64,000 nucleotides of DNA, taken from an uncultured Candidatus Saccharibacteria bacterium (GTDB taxonomy: Bacteria > Patescibacteriota > WWE3 > 2-01-FULL-39-13). The stretch covers positions 204,019 to 268,018 of the forward strand of contig OZ246395.1 in the NCBI GenBank assembly GCA_965230915.1, written 5' to 3'. Position 1 is the first letter of the stretch. The number at the start of each line of letters is the position of its first letter. The translations under genes were made by a program, and so were the position numbers. This document shows, piece by piece, positions 10,477 to 21,631 of the stretch. The notes under the pieces were generated by a model that worked only from the letters and a program-made list of their open reading frames with translations, did not search any database and was not told the DNA's origin.

Positions 10477-13400
10477 TTGCAAAGAATAAAAGGTGTCAGA
10501 CCATATCGACCTGACGCAAATCTTGATGGTCTCGTTAATACGATCCATGGGCGGGGAGTTTTTAGCGGGCCTTTTAAGGTTAAAATCTTATTCTTTAAAA
10601 TATTCCTCTCTAAATTTTGCTATTATTTAAGGGTGAAGTTTAGATTCCTGCCACCATTCAAAATAAGCCACAAAAAAAATGCAGCAAGCAAAAGAAAAAT
10701 TAGGCCTGTTGTCATTTACGCGCTTATAGTGATAGCTATTCTCGTTCCAGTTATCTATATAGTAAACAACCGTGCAACAAAGTCTGAAGCTGCTTGGTGG
10801 GACGACAGCTGGTCGTATAGACAAAGAATTCCAATTACAAATAGCGGAAGTGCTCAAACCGATTATGAAATCTCATTTACCTTAAATACATCATCTTTAA
10901 TTACGGCAGGAAAATTGCAAAGTGATTGTGATGATATTCGTGTCGTTGGAGAAGACGGAAAAGTACTGCCGGTTTGGGTTCAAGAAGATGTTTCAAATTG
11001 TAATACTTCATCTACAAAAATTTGGACGAAAATACCTTCTATATCCACAGATCCAATGAATATATATGTATATTATGGGAATCCAACAACTACTGGAGCT
11101 TCAGATGGTAACGGTGTTTTTATGTTTTTTGATGATTTTGATAGTAATAGGATATCTGATGCAAAATGGGACGAACAAGATTCCGGGGCCACTGTTTCGG
11201 TTTCGAGCGGTATTGCTACTTTTACCACCTCGTCATCTTCAGATTACTACTGGATCAGTTCGAAAAATCTATTAACATCTCCATATTGGGTCGAATCTTA
11301 TGTAAGTAGCCACAGTAGTGCAAACCCCGGCGGAGCTGTACTAAGAATGGGGCAATCATCTGGCAAAGTTCTAAGATCGAACGGTAACTATTACAATGAA
11401 TACTCTATAGATGATAACCTTAATACCTATAGAATTGTCGGTGATGATTCTGGCAGTGGTTATTCAGTAACTTCTACTACAACCTCTAATACCAGTGGTG
11501 TTTGGCGATTTTCATGGCCGGCAACCGGTACACAGCTATTTTATTTAAATGATGCAAGTACATTAACTGGAGGACATTCGACTGTATCGGCGTCTTCGAA
11601 TACTTATATATATGTTGGATCTCCAGCAAACTCAACAACCGGGTCAGTTTCAATAAGTTGGATTTTAGGCAGAAAATATGCCTCAACAGAACCTTCTGTA
11701 GGAACATTGGGCACAGAGGAGCAGAGTAGCGGTCCACTAATTTACTACAAATTCAACGAAGGTACGGGAACCACTACTAATGATTCATCGGGCAATGGTG
11801 CAAATGGTACTCTTTCTAATGGGCCCGTATGGTCATCGAACAGTTTATGCTTAACAGAAGCTTGTTTATATTTCGATGGTTCCGATGACCAAGTTGATAC
11901 TGGTAAAGATTACTCATGGTCTTCGTCTCAATCATTTGGTTTATCTGTATGGGTCAAGCCCACAAGTATCTCAGGTAATAGAACGATTTTTGGAAAAGGT
12001 CTAACGGGGTCAACCTGGGAATACAGTCTTAAGCTGACCAATGCAACTCCTAACTTTACATATTGGAATACCAGCGGTGGCGGTGAAATTAGTTTGAGCT
12101 CTTCTGAAACGATTGATCTAAATACCTGGAATCACCTTGTGGTTACATACAATGGATCAACTGCATATCTATATTTAAATGGAAAGGTAGTCTCCACTGA
12201 TACAGCGGGAGGAACCTTCCAAAACCGCGCAAATAATATAATTATTGGTAGAGCTTATTTTAACTCAGGAGCAAGCGGAGCATTTCAAGGCTATATCGAT
12301 GAGTTCAAAGTTTATAATTATGCGCGTTCGGCAGCCGAAGTCCAGAAAGATTATCTTTCAGGGTTAGCATCAAGCTCAACGCCACAGGGATCGTCGGCTA
12401 TTTTGGGTGGTGGAGGAATAGGGAATCTAACAAGTGGACTAGTTGGTTACTGGAAATTTGATGATTGGTCATCGGGGATTCCCGACTCAAGTGGAATAGG
12501 TAATTCGGGTTCAGTAACTAACGATACCGCATCAACTACAACTTCAAAATTTGGATTAGCAGCGAACTTCGACGGAACCGACGACAAAATTCTTATTCCA
12601 GATTCATCTGCATATGACTTTCCGGACAACTCTTTTTCAATTGCAACTTGGTTTAAAACTCCCAATACTGCAACGAGTAGGGGAATTTTCTATTTAATAT
12701 CGGATGGTGGCTACTTTTACATTAATATAAATTCATCAGAAGCTGTTGTTCTAGAAACAGGTGATAGCAACGGCACATCAATTAGTGTTACAAGTACAAC
12801 TACATATTCAGATGCAGCGTGGCATCAGATAACAGTTGTAAGAGATGCCGTAAATAAAAAATTACTAACATATATAGATGGAGTGAATATAATATCAGTC
12901 GACGACACGCGTACTGGTAATTTTAATCCTTCATCATTTGTTCAGTTAGTAATTGGTGGTGGTTATAATTTAACAACCTTTGAAGGTCAGCTAGACGATT
13001 TTCGTATATATAATAGAGCGTTAAGTGGAAACGAAGCGAGTCAACTTTATAGCTGGGCTCCAGGCCCAGTTGGTTATTGGAATTTAGACGATGGAACTGG
13101 CACAAGTGCGCTAGATATAAGCGGGAACAGTAGCACTGGTACACTGACCAATGGTCCTACATGGACAAATGGCAAAGTGGGCAAGGGAGTAAATTTTGAT
13201 GGATCAGATGATTATATAAGCATTGGGGATGTATCGGCTTTAAATACAAGTGGAAGTGTTTCGGCTAGTGCTTGGATTTACCTAAATAATACCACTGGCG
13301 TAAAGTCAATTGGTGGCCGATGGGGAACAGGGGCTTCTGATCATAGCTATAAAATAGCTGTTTTGAGCGGTAAATTTTATATAGACGTGTCAGGCACGGG

Positions 13401-15816
13401 CTCGGGTGACAATTATCGCCAGTCAAATACAACTCTTTCAACCGGAACTTGGTACCACGTAGAAGGTGTATATACAGCCGGGTCTTCAGCCACTCTTGAT
13501 GTTTATGTAAACGGAAAACTAGATAACGGAACGTTAACTGGAACTGTTCCTTCATCACTATTTACTGGGGCTTCAACTGCAAGAATCGGAACTGATACTA
13601 CTAATTATTTTAATGGAGTTATTGATGAGTTTAGAGTTTATAACTATGCCCGTTCACAAAAGCAAATACTCCAAGATTTTAATTTTGATCACCCCTCTGT
13701 CGGAACACCTATCGGTGCAACTTTATTACATTATAAATTTGATGAGGGGTATGGGGCGACTACTTATGATAGTTCTCCTAGTGGATTGAATGGAACCCTA
13801 GGTGCTGGAACATCTGCCCCAACATGGTCGAACGATGGCAAATTCGTGAAGGCGTTAACTTTTGATGGTTCGAACGATTATGTAAATGGTGGAACTTCAA
13901 CTAATTTAAATCTTACTGGTCCGTTCACAATAACTGCATGGGCCAAAAGAAGCGCATCATCTTCATACGATACTATCTTGCAGCGATATGCGGAATCATC
14001 TCCATTTAATGGATATGCATTGAGGTATAGCAATGGTGTTGGCGAAGTCAACAAACTTTGTTTCTGGACTGGTGGTGCTTCGGGCACGTGGTTATGCACT
14101 TCAAAAACAATTACTGATACAAGCTGGCATTATCTAACCGCAGTGTGGGACGGAACAACTCGTAGCGTATATATAGATGGTGTTAAGTACGCTTCAGACA
14201 CACAAGCTTCGGCATTAAGTAATTCATCTGACACATTATATATTGGAGCAATAGGCAGCAGCCCTGTAGCCGCAGATTTTGGCGGTACAATGGACGAAGT
14301 GAAAATTTATCCATTTGCTTTGACCGAGGATGAGATAAAGATTGATTACAACAATGGAAAAGTGGCTGTAATGGGTTCAACAGGTACAACATCAGCAGGC
14401 ATTGCTGATAATTCTGCCTTGCGTGAATACTGCGTGCCTGGAGATTCTAGCTCATGTAGTGCTCCAGTTGGAGAATGGAAAATGGACGAAGGCACAGGAT
14501 CTGGCACAGATGCGGTAAAAGACACTGCTAGTACAAATCACGGGGATACTCAGGGATCTATGACAAATGCAAATTGGGTGCCTGGACATTTCGGAAATGC
14601 TTTGCGATTCGATGGAGTAGACGATCTAGTGACTTTAGGAACTGGAAGTACGCTAGCTCAAACAGGATCCTTAACACTTTCTGCTTGGATTAACTATAAC
14701 CAGCCAACGGGTAATTACTACATAATTAGCAAATACCGCGCTGTTTCTGGCAAAAGAGGATATGCGCTACTTATCATAGACAGTAAGTTACAATTTATTC
14801 TTGGAACAGCTGCAGATGGAGCCACAAGCTTTACTTCGACGGGGAGCGTTCCTACTAATGAATGGGCATATGTCGCTGGTGTTATCGGCGCCGACAATGT
14901 AATGAGGCTATATATAAATGGAATTTTGGATTCTACTCAAAATTATTCCGGTACAAGACAAGCGTCAACTACAGATGTCCAAATCGGCGCTTACGGTGAT
15001 TCGGGTTTAAGGAATTCGTACTTTCCCGGAATGATAGATAATGTTCGAATTTACAATACAAATTTAAGTCAGGCACAAATTGCATGGGAATATAATAAAG
15101 GAAAGCCTATCGGACACTATAAACTCGATGAATGTGAAGGTACGACTGCATATAATTCAGCTTTTAGCACAGGTGCTGCACCTGGTCGCAACGGAGATAT
15201 AGATATAGGTGCATCGGGTTCGCAGACAGCAGCGGGGACATGTTCCACATCGGGTGCATGGTATAACGGTTCCACAGGAAAAATTAACTCGAGCCTATAT
15301 TTTGATGGAACCGACGATGAGGTCAATATTCCAGATGATGCTAACTATGATTTTTCTGCCAGTCAGGATTTCACAGTTGCTATTTGGATGAATGCTTCAT
15401 CTTCACAAGTGACATCAACTTCATCATTTTTTGAAAAATGGGATGCAACCGGCGGTTATCCTTTTGCTCTAAGATTTAGCTCGGGTAGTATTGTTGCGGC
15501 CAGATACGACGGAACTAATAATCCCTCTATAACAAGTACATCTGCAATTTATGGTGACGATAACTGGCACCATATCGTATTTGCAAAAATAGGTTCGACC
15601 TTATATTTGTATATTGACGGTAGACTAGACGGTACGGCAACTGATACCACCACCGGTACTACTGCCAATTCATTCCCTCTATATATAGGTAATAGAGGTT
15701 CGGTGGCAAATAGACACTTCACCGGAAAATTAGACGAAGCAATGGTTTTTAATTATGGATTAACATCACAGCTTGTTCGTACTTTATATAACTCAGGTGC
15801 AGCAGCATTTAAATAG
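10477..15816 (+). CDS. Membrane-anchored DUF2341 + six LamG/concanavalin-like domain protein (start codon uncertain)
   Basis: N-terminal TM (VVIYALIVIAILVPVIYIV); WWDDSWSYRQRIPITN...DIRV...IYVYYGNP (DUF2341-like); six repeats beginning YxKFDEG and ending GxxDEFRIY. Confidence 0.85.
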   Translation: MQRIKGVRPYRPDANLDGLVNTIHGRGVFSGPFKVKILFFKIFLSKFCYYLRVKFRFLPPFKISHKKNAASKRKIRPVVIYALIVIAILVPVIYIVNNRATKSEAAWWDDSWSYRQRIPITNSGSAQTDYEISFTLNTSSLITAGKLQSDCDDIRVVGEDGKVLPVWVQEDVSNCNTSSTKIWTKIPSISTDPMNIYVYYGNPTTTGASDGNGVFMFFDDFDSNRISDAKWDEQDSGATVSVSSGIATFTTSSSSDYYWISSKNLLTSPYWVESYVSSHSSANPGGAVLRMGQSSGKVLRSNGNYYNEYSIDDNLNTYRIVGDDSGSGYSVTSTTTSNTSGVWRFSWPATGTQLFYLNDASTLTGGHSTVSASSNTYIYVGSPANSTTGSVSISWILGRKYASTEPSVGTLGTEEQSSGPLIYYKFNEGTGTTTNDSSGNGANGTLSNGPVWSSNSLCLTEACLYFDGSDDQVDTGKDYSWSSSQSFGLSVWVKPTSISGNRTIFGKGLTGSTWEYSLKLTNATPNFTYWNTSGGGEISLSSSETIDLNTWNHLVVTYNGSTAYLYLNGKVVSTDTAGGTFQNRANNIIIGRAYFNSGASGAFQGYIDEFKVYNYARSAAEVQKDYLSGLASSSTPQGSSAILGGGGIGNLTSGLVGYWKFDDWSSGIPDSSGIGNSGSVTNDTASTTTSKFGLAANFDGTDDKILIPDSSAYDFPDNSFSIATWFKTPNTATSRGIFYLISDGGYFYININSSEAVVLETGDSNGTSISVTSTTTYSDAAWHQITVVRDAVNKKLLTYIDGVNIISVDDTRTGNFNPSSFVQLVIGGGYNLTTFEGQLDDFRIYNRALSGNEASQLYSWAPGPVGYWNLDDGTGTSALDISGNSSTGTLTNGPTWTNGKVGKGVNFDGSDDYISIGDVSALNTSGSVSASAWIYLNNTTGVKSIGGRWGTGASDHSYKIAVLSGKFYIDVSGTGSGDNYRQSNTTLSTGTWYHVEGVYTAGSSATLDVYVNGKLDNGTLTGTVPSSLFTGASTARIGTDTTNYFNGVIDEFRVYNYARSQKQILQDFNFDHPSVGTPIGATLLHYKFDEGYGATTYDSSPSGLNGTLGAGTSAPTWSNDGKFVKALTFDGSNDYVNGGTSTNLNLTGPFTITAWAKRSASSSYDTILQRYAESSPFNGYALRYSNGVGEVNKLCFWTGGASGTWLCTSKTITDTSWHYLTAVWDGTTRSVYIDGVKYASDTQASALSNSSDTLYIGAIGSSPVAADFGGTMDEVKIYPFALTEDEIKIDYNNGKVAVMGSTGTTSAGIADNSALREYCVPGDSSSCSAPVGEWKMDEGTGSGTDAVKDTASTNHGDTQGSMTNANWVPGHFGNALRFDGVDDLVTLGTGSTLAQTGSLTLSAWINYNQPTGNYYIISKYRAVSGKRGYALLIIDSKLQFILGTAADGATSFTSTGSVPTNEWAYVAGVIGADNVMRLYINGILDSTQNYSGTRQASTTDVQIGAYGDSGLRNSYFPGMIDNVRIYNTNLSQAQIAWEYNKGKPIGHYKLDECEGTTAYNSAFSTGAAPGRNGDIDIGASGSQTAAGTCSTSGAWYNGSTGKINSSLYFDGTDDEVNIPDDANYDFSASQDFTVAIWMNASSSQVTSTSSFFEKWDATGGYPFALRFSSGSIVAARYDGTNNPSITSTSAIYGDDNWHHIVFAKIGSTLYLYIDGRLDGTATDTTTGTTANSFPLYIGNRGSVANRHFTGKLDEAMVFNYGLTSQLVRTLYNSGAAAFK

Positions 15817-15890
15817 TTTTAAAAAAGTATTTAATAAAAATGTTAAACTTTAATTTATAAAGATTTGCAGAAATATCAACAAAAAATCGC

Positions 15891-18800
15891 ATGCCCAAAA
15901 GTACTCTTTCTAAAACATTTTTAATAAAAAACACTTTTAATTTTTTTAAAAAACCTACTAAAAACTTTTCAAATGTTGCAAATCAGACAACTACATTACT
16001 CAAAAAGAACAAACGAATAAGAACAACAACAATTTTTGCTGCAATTGTTCTTGTAGTTTTGGTTCCAATAATCATTCTTACATTAAGAAAAGGGGAGCAA
16101 GCTGCCGCTTGGTTTGATGAAAGTTATCAATATCGAAAAGCAGTCGCAATAACAAACTCATCTGGCTCGAATTTAACCGATTTTCAGTCCTCTTTTACTT
16201 TGGATACTGCTGCGTTGGTTACCGCTGGCAAAATGCAAAGTGATTGCGATGATATTCGCATAACAGATGTAAACGGACAGATATTGCCTTTTTGGATAGA
16301 GGAAAATAACCCAGGGTGTAATCAAAGTGCAACTGTTGTCTGGACCAAGGTGCCGAGCATTCCAACCTCCGGAGCAACAGTATATGTTTATTATGGAAAT
16401 CCAAATTCAGCAAATGCGCAAAAAGGTGAAAATGTTTTTGAATTTTTTGACGACTTCTCTCAAAATACAATTGGTTCAAAATGGACTGTTCAATCCGGAA
16501 CCTGGTCAATTTCTGGCGGAGAACTTAGGCAAACCGTTAATAATGTAGTAAACAGGAATATTTATGTAAATTATTCACATTCCAATATTGTTATCGAAAC
16601 ACGTCAAAAAACCTTATCGACTGGAATCGCCGATTATACCGGTATAAATGCTCGTGATCAGGGAACAGGTGCGCGCTATCTATTTAATTGGAATAACCTT
16701 GGAACCGGAGATGTAAATGTTTATAAGAACACTGGAACTGATGCATCCGAAGTATGGACTGAGTTAGGAACCAGCGCAACATATGGTAGTTTAGACCGAT
16801 CTTCTTATCACAAACTAAAAGCAACTATGAACGGATCTTCACTATCAACCTGTGTTGATAGCACATGTACAACTACAACCGATGCCACGTACGCGTCTGG
16901 AACACGAATCGGATTGAGATCTGAAGGTGATAATCGTTTTGACTACTATTTCGTACGTAAATATGCATCTACAGATCCATCATTATCTGCAGGTTCGGAA
17001 GAATTGGGCAAAGCGCCAATCGCATATTGGAAACTCGACGAGGGGCAGGGCAGCACAACATACGATACGATGGGACGCAACAACGGAACCTTAGGTGTCG
17101 GCTCATCGGCTCCGCAATGGAAAAGTGAAAGCGAGTGTATAACAGGGAAGTGTTTGTATTTTGATGGGAGTAATGATTTCTTTTCGATTACTACTCCTAA
17201 CATACAAGATACTCCAAATAAGTTTACAATCGAAGGATATATCAGACCAGCGGAGGTAAATGCTAGGTTTATAGGACCGACAACAAATGGGGTAGATAAT
17301 TATATCGCCTATAACGCAAATAATAAGACGCTCGATGTTGCGATAACAGAATCTACTGACCTTAATAATAGGACAAGATCGTCAGCTAATAACACAGTAT
17401 TACCAAATATCTGGACACATTGGGCTGTATCGATAGATGATAAGGATATAAAAATTTATATAAATGGAAAGTTGAATGCTCAATTTACAGAGACCATAGA
17501 TATCGGTACATGGGCTGGCCCATGGATAATAGGTGCAAGAGGAAATAAGTCTGTCTTCTATCAAGGATATTTAGATGACGTCAAAGTCTACCCATATGCC
17601 CGAACCGCCGCTGAAATCAAAAACGACTACAACAACGTATCGTCAACCCAAGGTACGAGCGCTTCAACGGTTAGCCAAAACCAGGGCGGAGATCTTTCAA
17701 ATGGGTTAGTTGGATATTGGAAAATGGATGAAAATACAGGAACGAGTGCTAGTGATGCAAGTGGGAATAGTAACACCCTTACATTATCCACTTCTTCATG
17801 GACAACCGGAAAATACGGCACTTCATGGAGCGGATCTGGAAGCAGTTATTTATCACGCGCCGACGATTCAGATTTTGATTTTACAAATACAGACGAGTTG
17901 ACCATAAGTTTATGGTACAAAACAAGCAGCACAACAAATGCTGCAGACTACTTAGTAACTAAATACTCATTAGGAAGTGATCTCGGGTATTATCTGTCTT
18001 TTGATGGCTCTTCTGGAACACTAAGCTTTATAACGGGTGATGGACTAAATTTTGACTCTGTCAGCACTAGCGCAGATGTATACGATGCACAGTGGCACCA
18101 TGTCTCGGTTGTAAAAAAGGGAACCACAGACATGCGACTATATTTGGATGGAGTGCTCCAGAGTACAGATAGCTCAATTACTTCGGGCGATTTTTCTACC
18201 GGAACACTTCTTTATGTCGGAGATATTAATGGCCTTGGCGGTGGCAATGCGTTTAACGGAACAATCGATGAGCTTCGGATTTATCGCCGTGCGCTAAATC
18301 CCACAGATGTTAGTGCGCTCTATAATTTTGCTCCAGGACCAGTTGGTTATTACAAACTAGACGATGGATCTGGAACAGCCGTTATAGATGCCTCAGGTAG
18401 CGGAATAAATGGAACACTAGGAACAGGTTCATCGGCTCCATCCTGGTCCTCTGGCAAGTATGGTGGTGCGCTAAGGTTTGATGGGAGCAATGATACAGTA
18501 AATATCTCTTCAAGTGATCTTGGCTATTTTACAAAGAGCGCTACAGTTTGTTTATGGATAAATCGATCTGGAACTTCGCTACAGGAAAGATTTTTTAGCT
18601 CACGATCAGGAAATCCTAGAGAAAGTTTTGAACTACATACCGAAACAAACAATGATCTAGTAAGATTTGATTTGGGTGATGGATCAACCGCCTCATCTTT
18701 GCAAGGAACTGCCAGCATACCTGTTGGCGTATGGACACATATTTGTGGAGTTAGAGATTTGATTAATACTAAAAGGTATATTTATGTTAATGGAAAATTA

Positions 18801-21113
18801 GATGCCACCGAAGGTACTCTAAGTGTTACTGGTGATATTAATCCAACACAAACAACCTTAGGCAATTTATCAACTTCTTCATTTTATGGCGGATTAATCG
18901 ATGATGTAAAAATTTATAATTACGCCCGCACCCAGTCACAAATTTTACAAGACTACAACGCCGACCATCCCAACGTTGGCACCCCAGTCGGTTCCACAGT
19001 TCTAAATTTAAAGTTCGACGAAGGCTATGGAACAACGGCCTACGATAAATCTCCACAAGCAACAAACGGAAACTTAGGTACAGGTACGTCTGCCCCTAGT
19101 TGGACTAATAGTGGAAAATTCGGAAAAGCCCTAACTTTTGATGGCGCCGATGATTATGTAAGCGTTGCAAATACAACCGCCAACCAAAACATGGATGTAA
19201 AGACAATCACAGCGTGGATAAAAATAAATGGTCTTGGTGAAAATTCTGCACCCAGAATTATTGATAAACGACAAGCTGGAACCGGATGGGAAGTGCAGTA
19301 TAAAAGTGACAGTAATCAACGGTTAGAACTTGTCCAGGATTTTTCTGGTTCAGCTGCTCAATGGAGCACACCGGCTAATAGTTTGTCTTCTGGAGTCTGG
19401 ACATATATCGCAGTTGTATATGATCGAACATCTGCTTCGAATGCTCCAATTATGTATATAAATGGTAAATCACAAACCATTACTACTATCGTTGCTCCAT
19501 CTGGTACAGCCTCGTCAGACTCATCTAACCAAATAACAATTGGAAATAGAGCTGCGGCAGATAGAACATTTGATGGCACAATCGACGAAGTTAAAGTTTA
19601 TCCATTCGCCCTCACTGCAGACGAAATCAAACTCGATTACAACCAGGGCAAGCTAGACACAATGGGATCGATCTCCACCGCATCAGATGGCATTACAGCT
19701 TCAAATGGAGCTGATCGGGCATACTGCGTACCTGGCGACACATCCACATGCAACGCGCCAGTAGCTGAGTGGCTATTTAATGAAAATACTGGAACAACTG
19801 CGAATGATACCGGTAGTGGAGGAAGAAATGGTACATTTGGCGCAAGTTCAGCAGCACCTACTTGGACTTTCGGAAAATATGGCAATGGCGTACATTTTAA
19901 TGGGTCGCAATACATAAATACCTCGACACAATTCTCATTTTCAACTTTAACTAGTTTTACTTTATCGGGTTGGTATAAATTTGACGAAGTAGCTGTAGGC
20001 GGCTGGGCTATAGATCGCTCAGATGGCGCAGATGAAATAACGGATATCTACCAAAATGGTGATGATATATCTTTTGTAGTAAGAGATGACAATAAAATTC
20101 CTGATAATGCTATTTATGCAACTGCGTCTAATGTTTTAGTTGCCAATACATGGTATCACGTAGTTGGAGTTCGCGATGTTGCGACAGATAAAATATATCT
20201 ATATTTAAATGGAGAGCTTAAAGCTAGTGCAACAGATACTACCGGCACAACAATTTCCCCGACACTTCGGTTGGGTGCACATTATGCTGGCACTGGGCCA
20301 CAGTTTTCACTCGACGACGTTAGGGTGTACGATTACGCTCGTACTCCAGCTCAAATAGCATGGGAATTTAGCCGTGGTGCGCCGGTTGCATATTATAAAT
20401 TCGATGAATGCCAAGGAACAACAATTAATGACTGGGGCCCTAATGGAAATGGAGGATACAATGGTAATAATTTAACTTTTACAGTTTCGGGGTCTGGTTC
20501 ACAAACTGCTACAGGTACGTGTAGCTCATCAGGTGCCTGGAATAACGGCGCAAGTGGCAAATTTAATTCGGCTTTAAGTTTAGATGGCACTGATGATACT
20601 GCAAAAGTTTCAGATCCATCTAGTGGAATTTTAGATTTTGCAGATGGGGAAAACTTCACCGTTTCTGTATGGGTAAAACCTACGGCAGTAAGTACAAATC
20701 AAGTGGTTTTTGCAAAAAAGAATGGAACTGCAAATACATTAATCGGATACCTCGGCTATATAAATAACCAAGGTAAAGTTGTTTTTGTTGCTGCAACCAA
20801 TTCATCAAACAATATTTCCTTGTTCTCAAATAATCTAGTGACAGCTGGAGTTTGGACGCATTTAACTTACGTATATACCGGTGCGAGCAATACAGTAAAA
20901 GTTTATATTAATGGCCAGGACGCGGGCGGAACGCCTACCGTAACTGGTGATCCGGCAAGTTTAGCTAATAGTGTGGATTTTGCTATTGGTACCGAGTCAG
21001 ATGATCAAGTTCCATTCGCAGGGTTAATTGATGACCTTAAACTTTACCGGTATGCTTTAACTCAAGATCAAATCCAAACAGATATGTCTGGTGGAGCTGT
21101 TAGCTTTAGATAA
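15891..21113 (+). CDS. Paralogous membrane-anchored DUF2341 + six LamG domain protein
   Basis: Same architecture and linkers as the upstream gene (WFDESYQYRKAVAITN, YCVPGD, KFDECQG). Confidence 0.87.
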   Translation: MPKSTLSKTFLIKNTFNFFKKPTKNFSNVANQTTTLLKKNKRIRTTTIFAAIVLVVLVPIIILTLRKGEQAAAWFDESYQYRKAVAITNSSGSNLTDFQSSFTLDTAALVTAGKMQSDCDDIRITDVNGQILPFWIEENNPGCNQSATVVWTKVPSIPTSGATVYVYYGNPNSANAQKGENVFEFFDDFSQNTIGSKWTVQSGTWSISGGELRQTVNNVVNRNIYVNYSHSNIVIETRQKTLSTGIADYTGINARDQGTGARYLFNWNNLGTGDVNVYKNTGTDASEVWTELGTSATYGSLDRSSYHKLKATMNGSSLSTCVDSTCTTTTDATYASGTRIGLRSEGDNRFDYYFVRKYASTDPSLSAGSEELGKAPIAYWKLDEGQGSTTYDTMGRNNGTLGVGSSAPQWKSESECITGKCLYFDGSNDFFSITTPNIQDTPNKFTIEGYIRPAEVNARFIGPTTNGVDNYIAYNANNKTLDVAITESTDLNNRTRSSANNTVLPNIWTHWAVSIDDKDIKIYINGKLNAQFTETIDIGTWAGPWIIGARGNKSVFYQGYLDDVKVYPYARTAAEIKNDYNNVSSTQGTSASTVSQNQGGDLSNGLVGYWKMDENTGTSASDASGNSNTLTLSTSSWTTGKYGTSWSGSGSSYLSRADDSDFDFTNTDELTISLWYKTSSTTNAADYLVTKYSLGSDLGYYLSFDGSSGTLSFITGDGLNFDSVSTSADVYDAQWHHVSVVKKGTTDMRLYLDGVLQSTDSSITSGDFSTGTLLYVGDINGLGGGNAFNGTIDELRIYRRALNPTDVSALYNFAPGPVGYYKLDDGSGTAVIDASGSGINGTLGTGSSAPSWSSGKYGGALRFDGSNDTVNISSSDLGYFTKSATVCLWINRSGTSLQERFFSSRSGNPRESFELHTETNNDLVRFDLGDGSTASSLQGTASIPVGVWTHICGVRDLINTKRYIYVNGKLDATEGTLSVTGDINPTQTTLGNLSTSSFYGGLIDDVKIYNYARTQSQILQDYNADHPNVGTPVGSTVLNLKFDEGYGTTAYDKSPQATNGNLGTGTSAPSWTNSGKFGKALTFDGADDYVSVANTTANQNMDVKTITAWIKINGLGENSAPRIIDKRQAGTGWEVQYKSDSNQRLELVQDFSGSAAQWSTPANSLSSGVWTYIAVVYDRTSASNAPIMYINGKSQTITTIVAPSGTASSDSSNQITIGNRAAADRTFDGTIDEVKVYPFALTADEIKLDYNQGKLDTMGSISTASDGITASNGADRAYCVPGDTSTCNAPVAEWLFNENTGTTANDTGSGGRNGTFGASSAAPTWTFGKYGNGVHFNGSQYINTSTQFSFSTLTSFTLSGWYKFDEVAVGGWAIDRSDGADEITDIYQNGDDISFVVRDDNKIPDNAIYATASNVLVANTWYHVVGVRDVATDKIYLYLNGELKASATDTTGTTISPTLRLGAHYAGTGPQFSLDDVRVYDYARTPAQIAWEFSRGAPVAYYKFDECQGTTINDWGPNGNGGYNGNNLTFTVSGSGSQTATGTCSSSGAWNNGASGKFNSALSLDGTDDTAKVSDPSSGILDFADGENFTVSVWVKPTAVSTNQVVFAKKNGTANTLIGYLGYINNQGKVVFVAATNSSNNISLFSNNLVTAGVWTHLTYVYTGASNTVKVYINGQDAGGTPTVTGDPASLANSVDFAIGTESDDQVPFAGLIDDLKLYRYALTQDQIQTDMSGGAVSFR

Positions 21114-21131
21114 AAAATAGGTTAGGGGAAT

Positions 21132-21160
21132 AAAAAAAGACCTCTTGCGAGGTCTTTTTT
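21132..21160. terminator. Bidirectional intrinsic terminator between convergent LamG gene and rplL
   Basis: aaaaaaa-gacctc-ttgc-gaggtc-tttttt. Confidence 0.85.
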
Positions 21161-21180
21161 AAACTGTTAAAGATTAGTTA

Positions 21181-21585
21181 TTATACTAATTCTACTTTTG
21201 CTCCAGCTTCTTCTAATTTCTTCTTAGCGTTTTCTGCATCGTCTTTCTTAGCATTTTCTAAGATAGTAGCATCGCCTTTGTCGACTAATGCTTTAGCTTC
21301 AACTAATCCTAAGTTTGAATTTAGTTCGCGAACAACTTTAATAACAGCTATTTTAGTAGCTCCTCCGTCTTTTAAGACGACGTTGAATGAATCTTTTTCT
21401 TCAACAGGTGCGGCTGCTTCGGCTCCTGCTGCTGGACCTGCTGCCATAGCAACTGGTGCGGCTGCTGAAACTCCGAACTTTTCTTCCATAGCTTTTACTA
21501 ATTCAGCAAGTTCTAATACAGTCATTTTTTCTACTGCATCCATAACTTCTTGTGCTGCTTTAGATAGTTTAATTTCTTCTGCCAT
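21181..21585 (-). CDS. rplL: 50S ribosomal protein L7/L12
   Basis: [42 protein letters not shown]; strong SD AGGAGGTGA upstream. Confidence 0.98.
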   Translation of the reverse strand: MAEEIKLSKAAQEVMDAVEKMTVLELAELVKAMEEKFGVSAAAPVAMAAGPAAGAEAAAPVEEKDSFNVVLKDGGATKIAVIKVVRELNSNLGLVEAKALVDKGDATILENAKKDDAENAKKKLEEAGAKVELV

Positions 21586-21631
21586 TGATTTGATTCACCT
21601 CCTAAAAGTGATAAGTAGGATAGGTCAGCTG

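Noticed and set aside
769-20659. Numerous antisense ORFs within the three large surface-protein genes
   Set aside because: Shadow frames caused by biased codon usage.
10477-21113. Diversity-generating retroelement acting on the LamG or fibre genes
   Set aside because: No reverse transcriptase and no TR/VR pair differing only at adenines was seen; the repeats differ at all bases.
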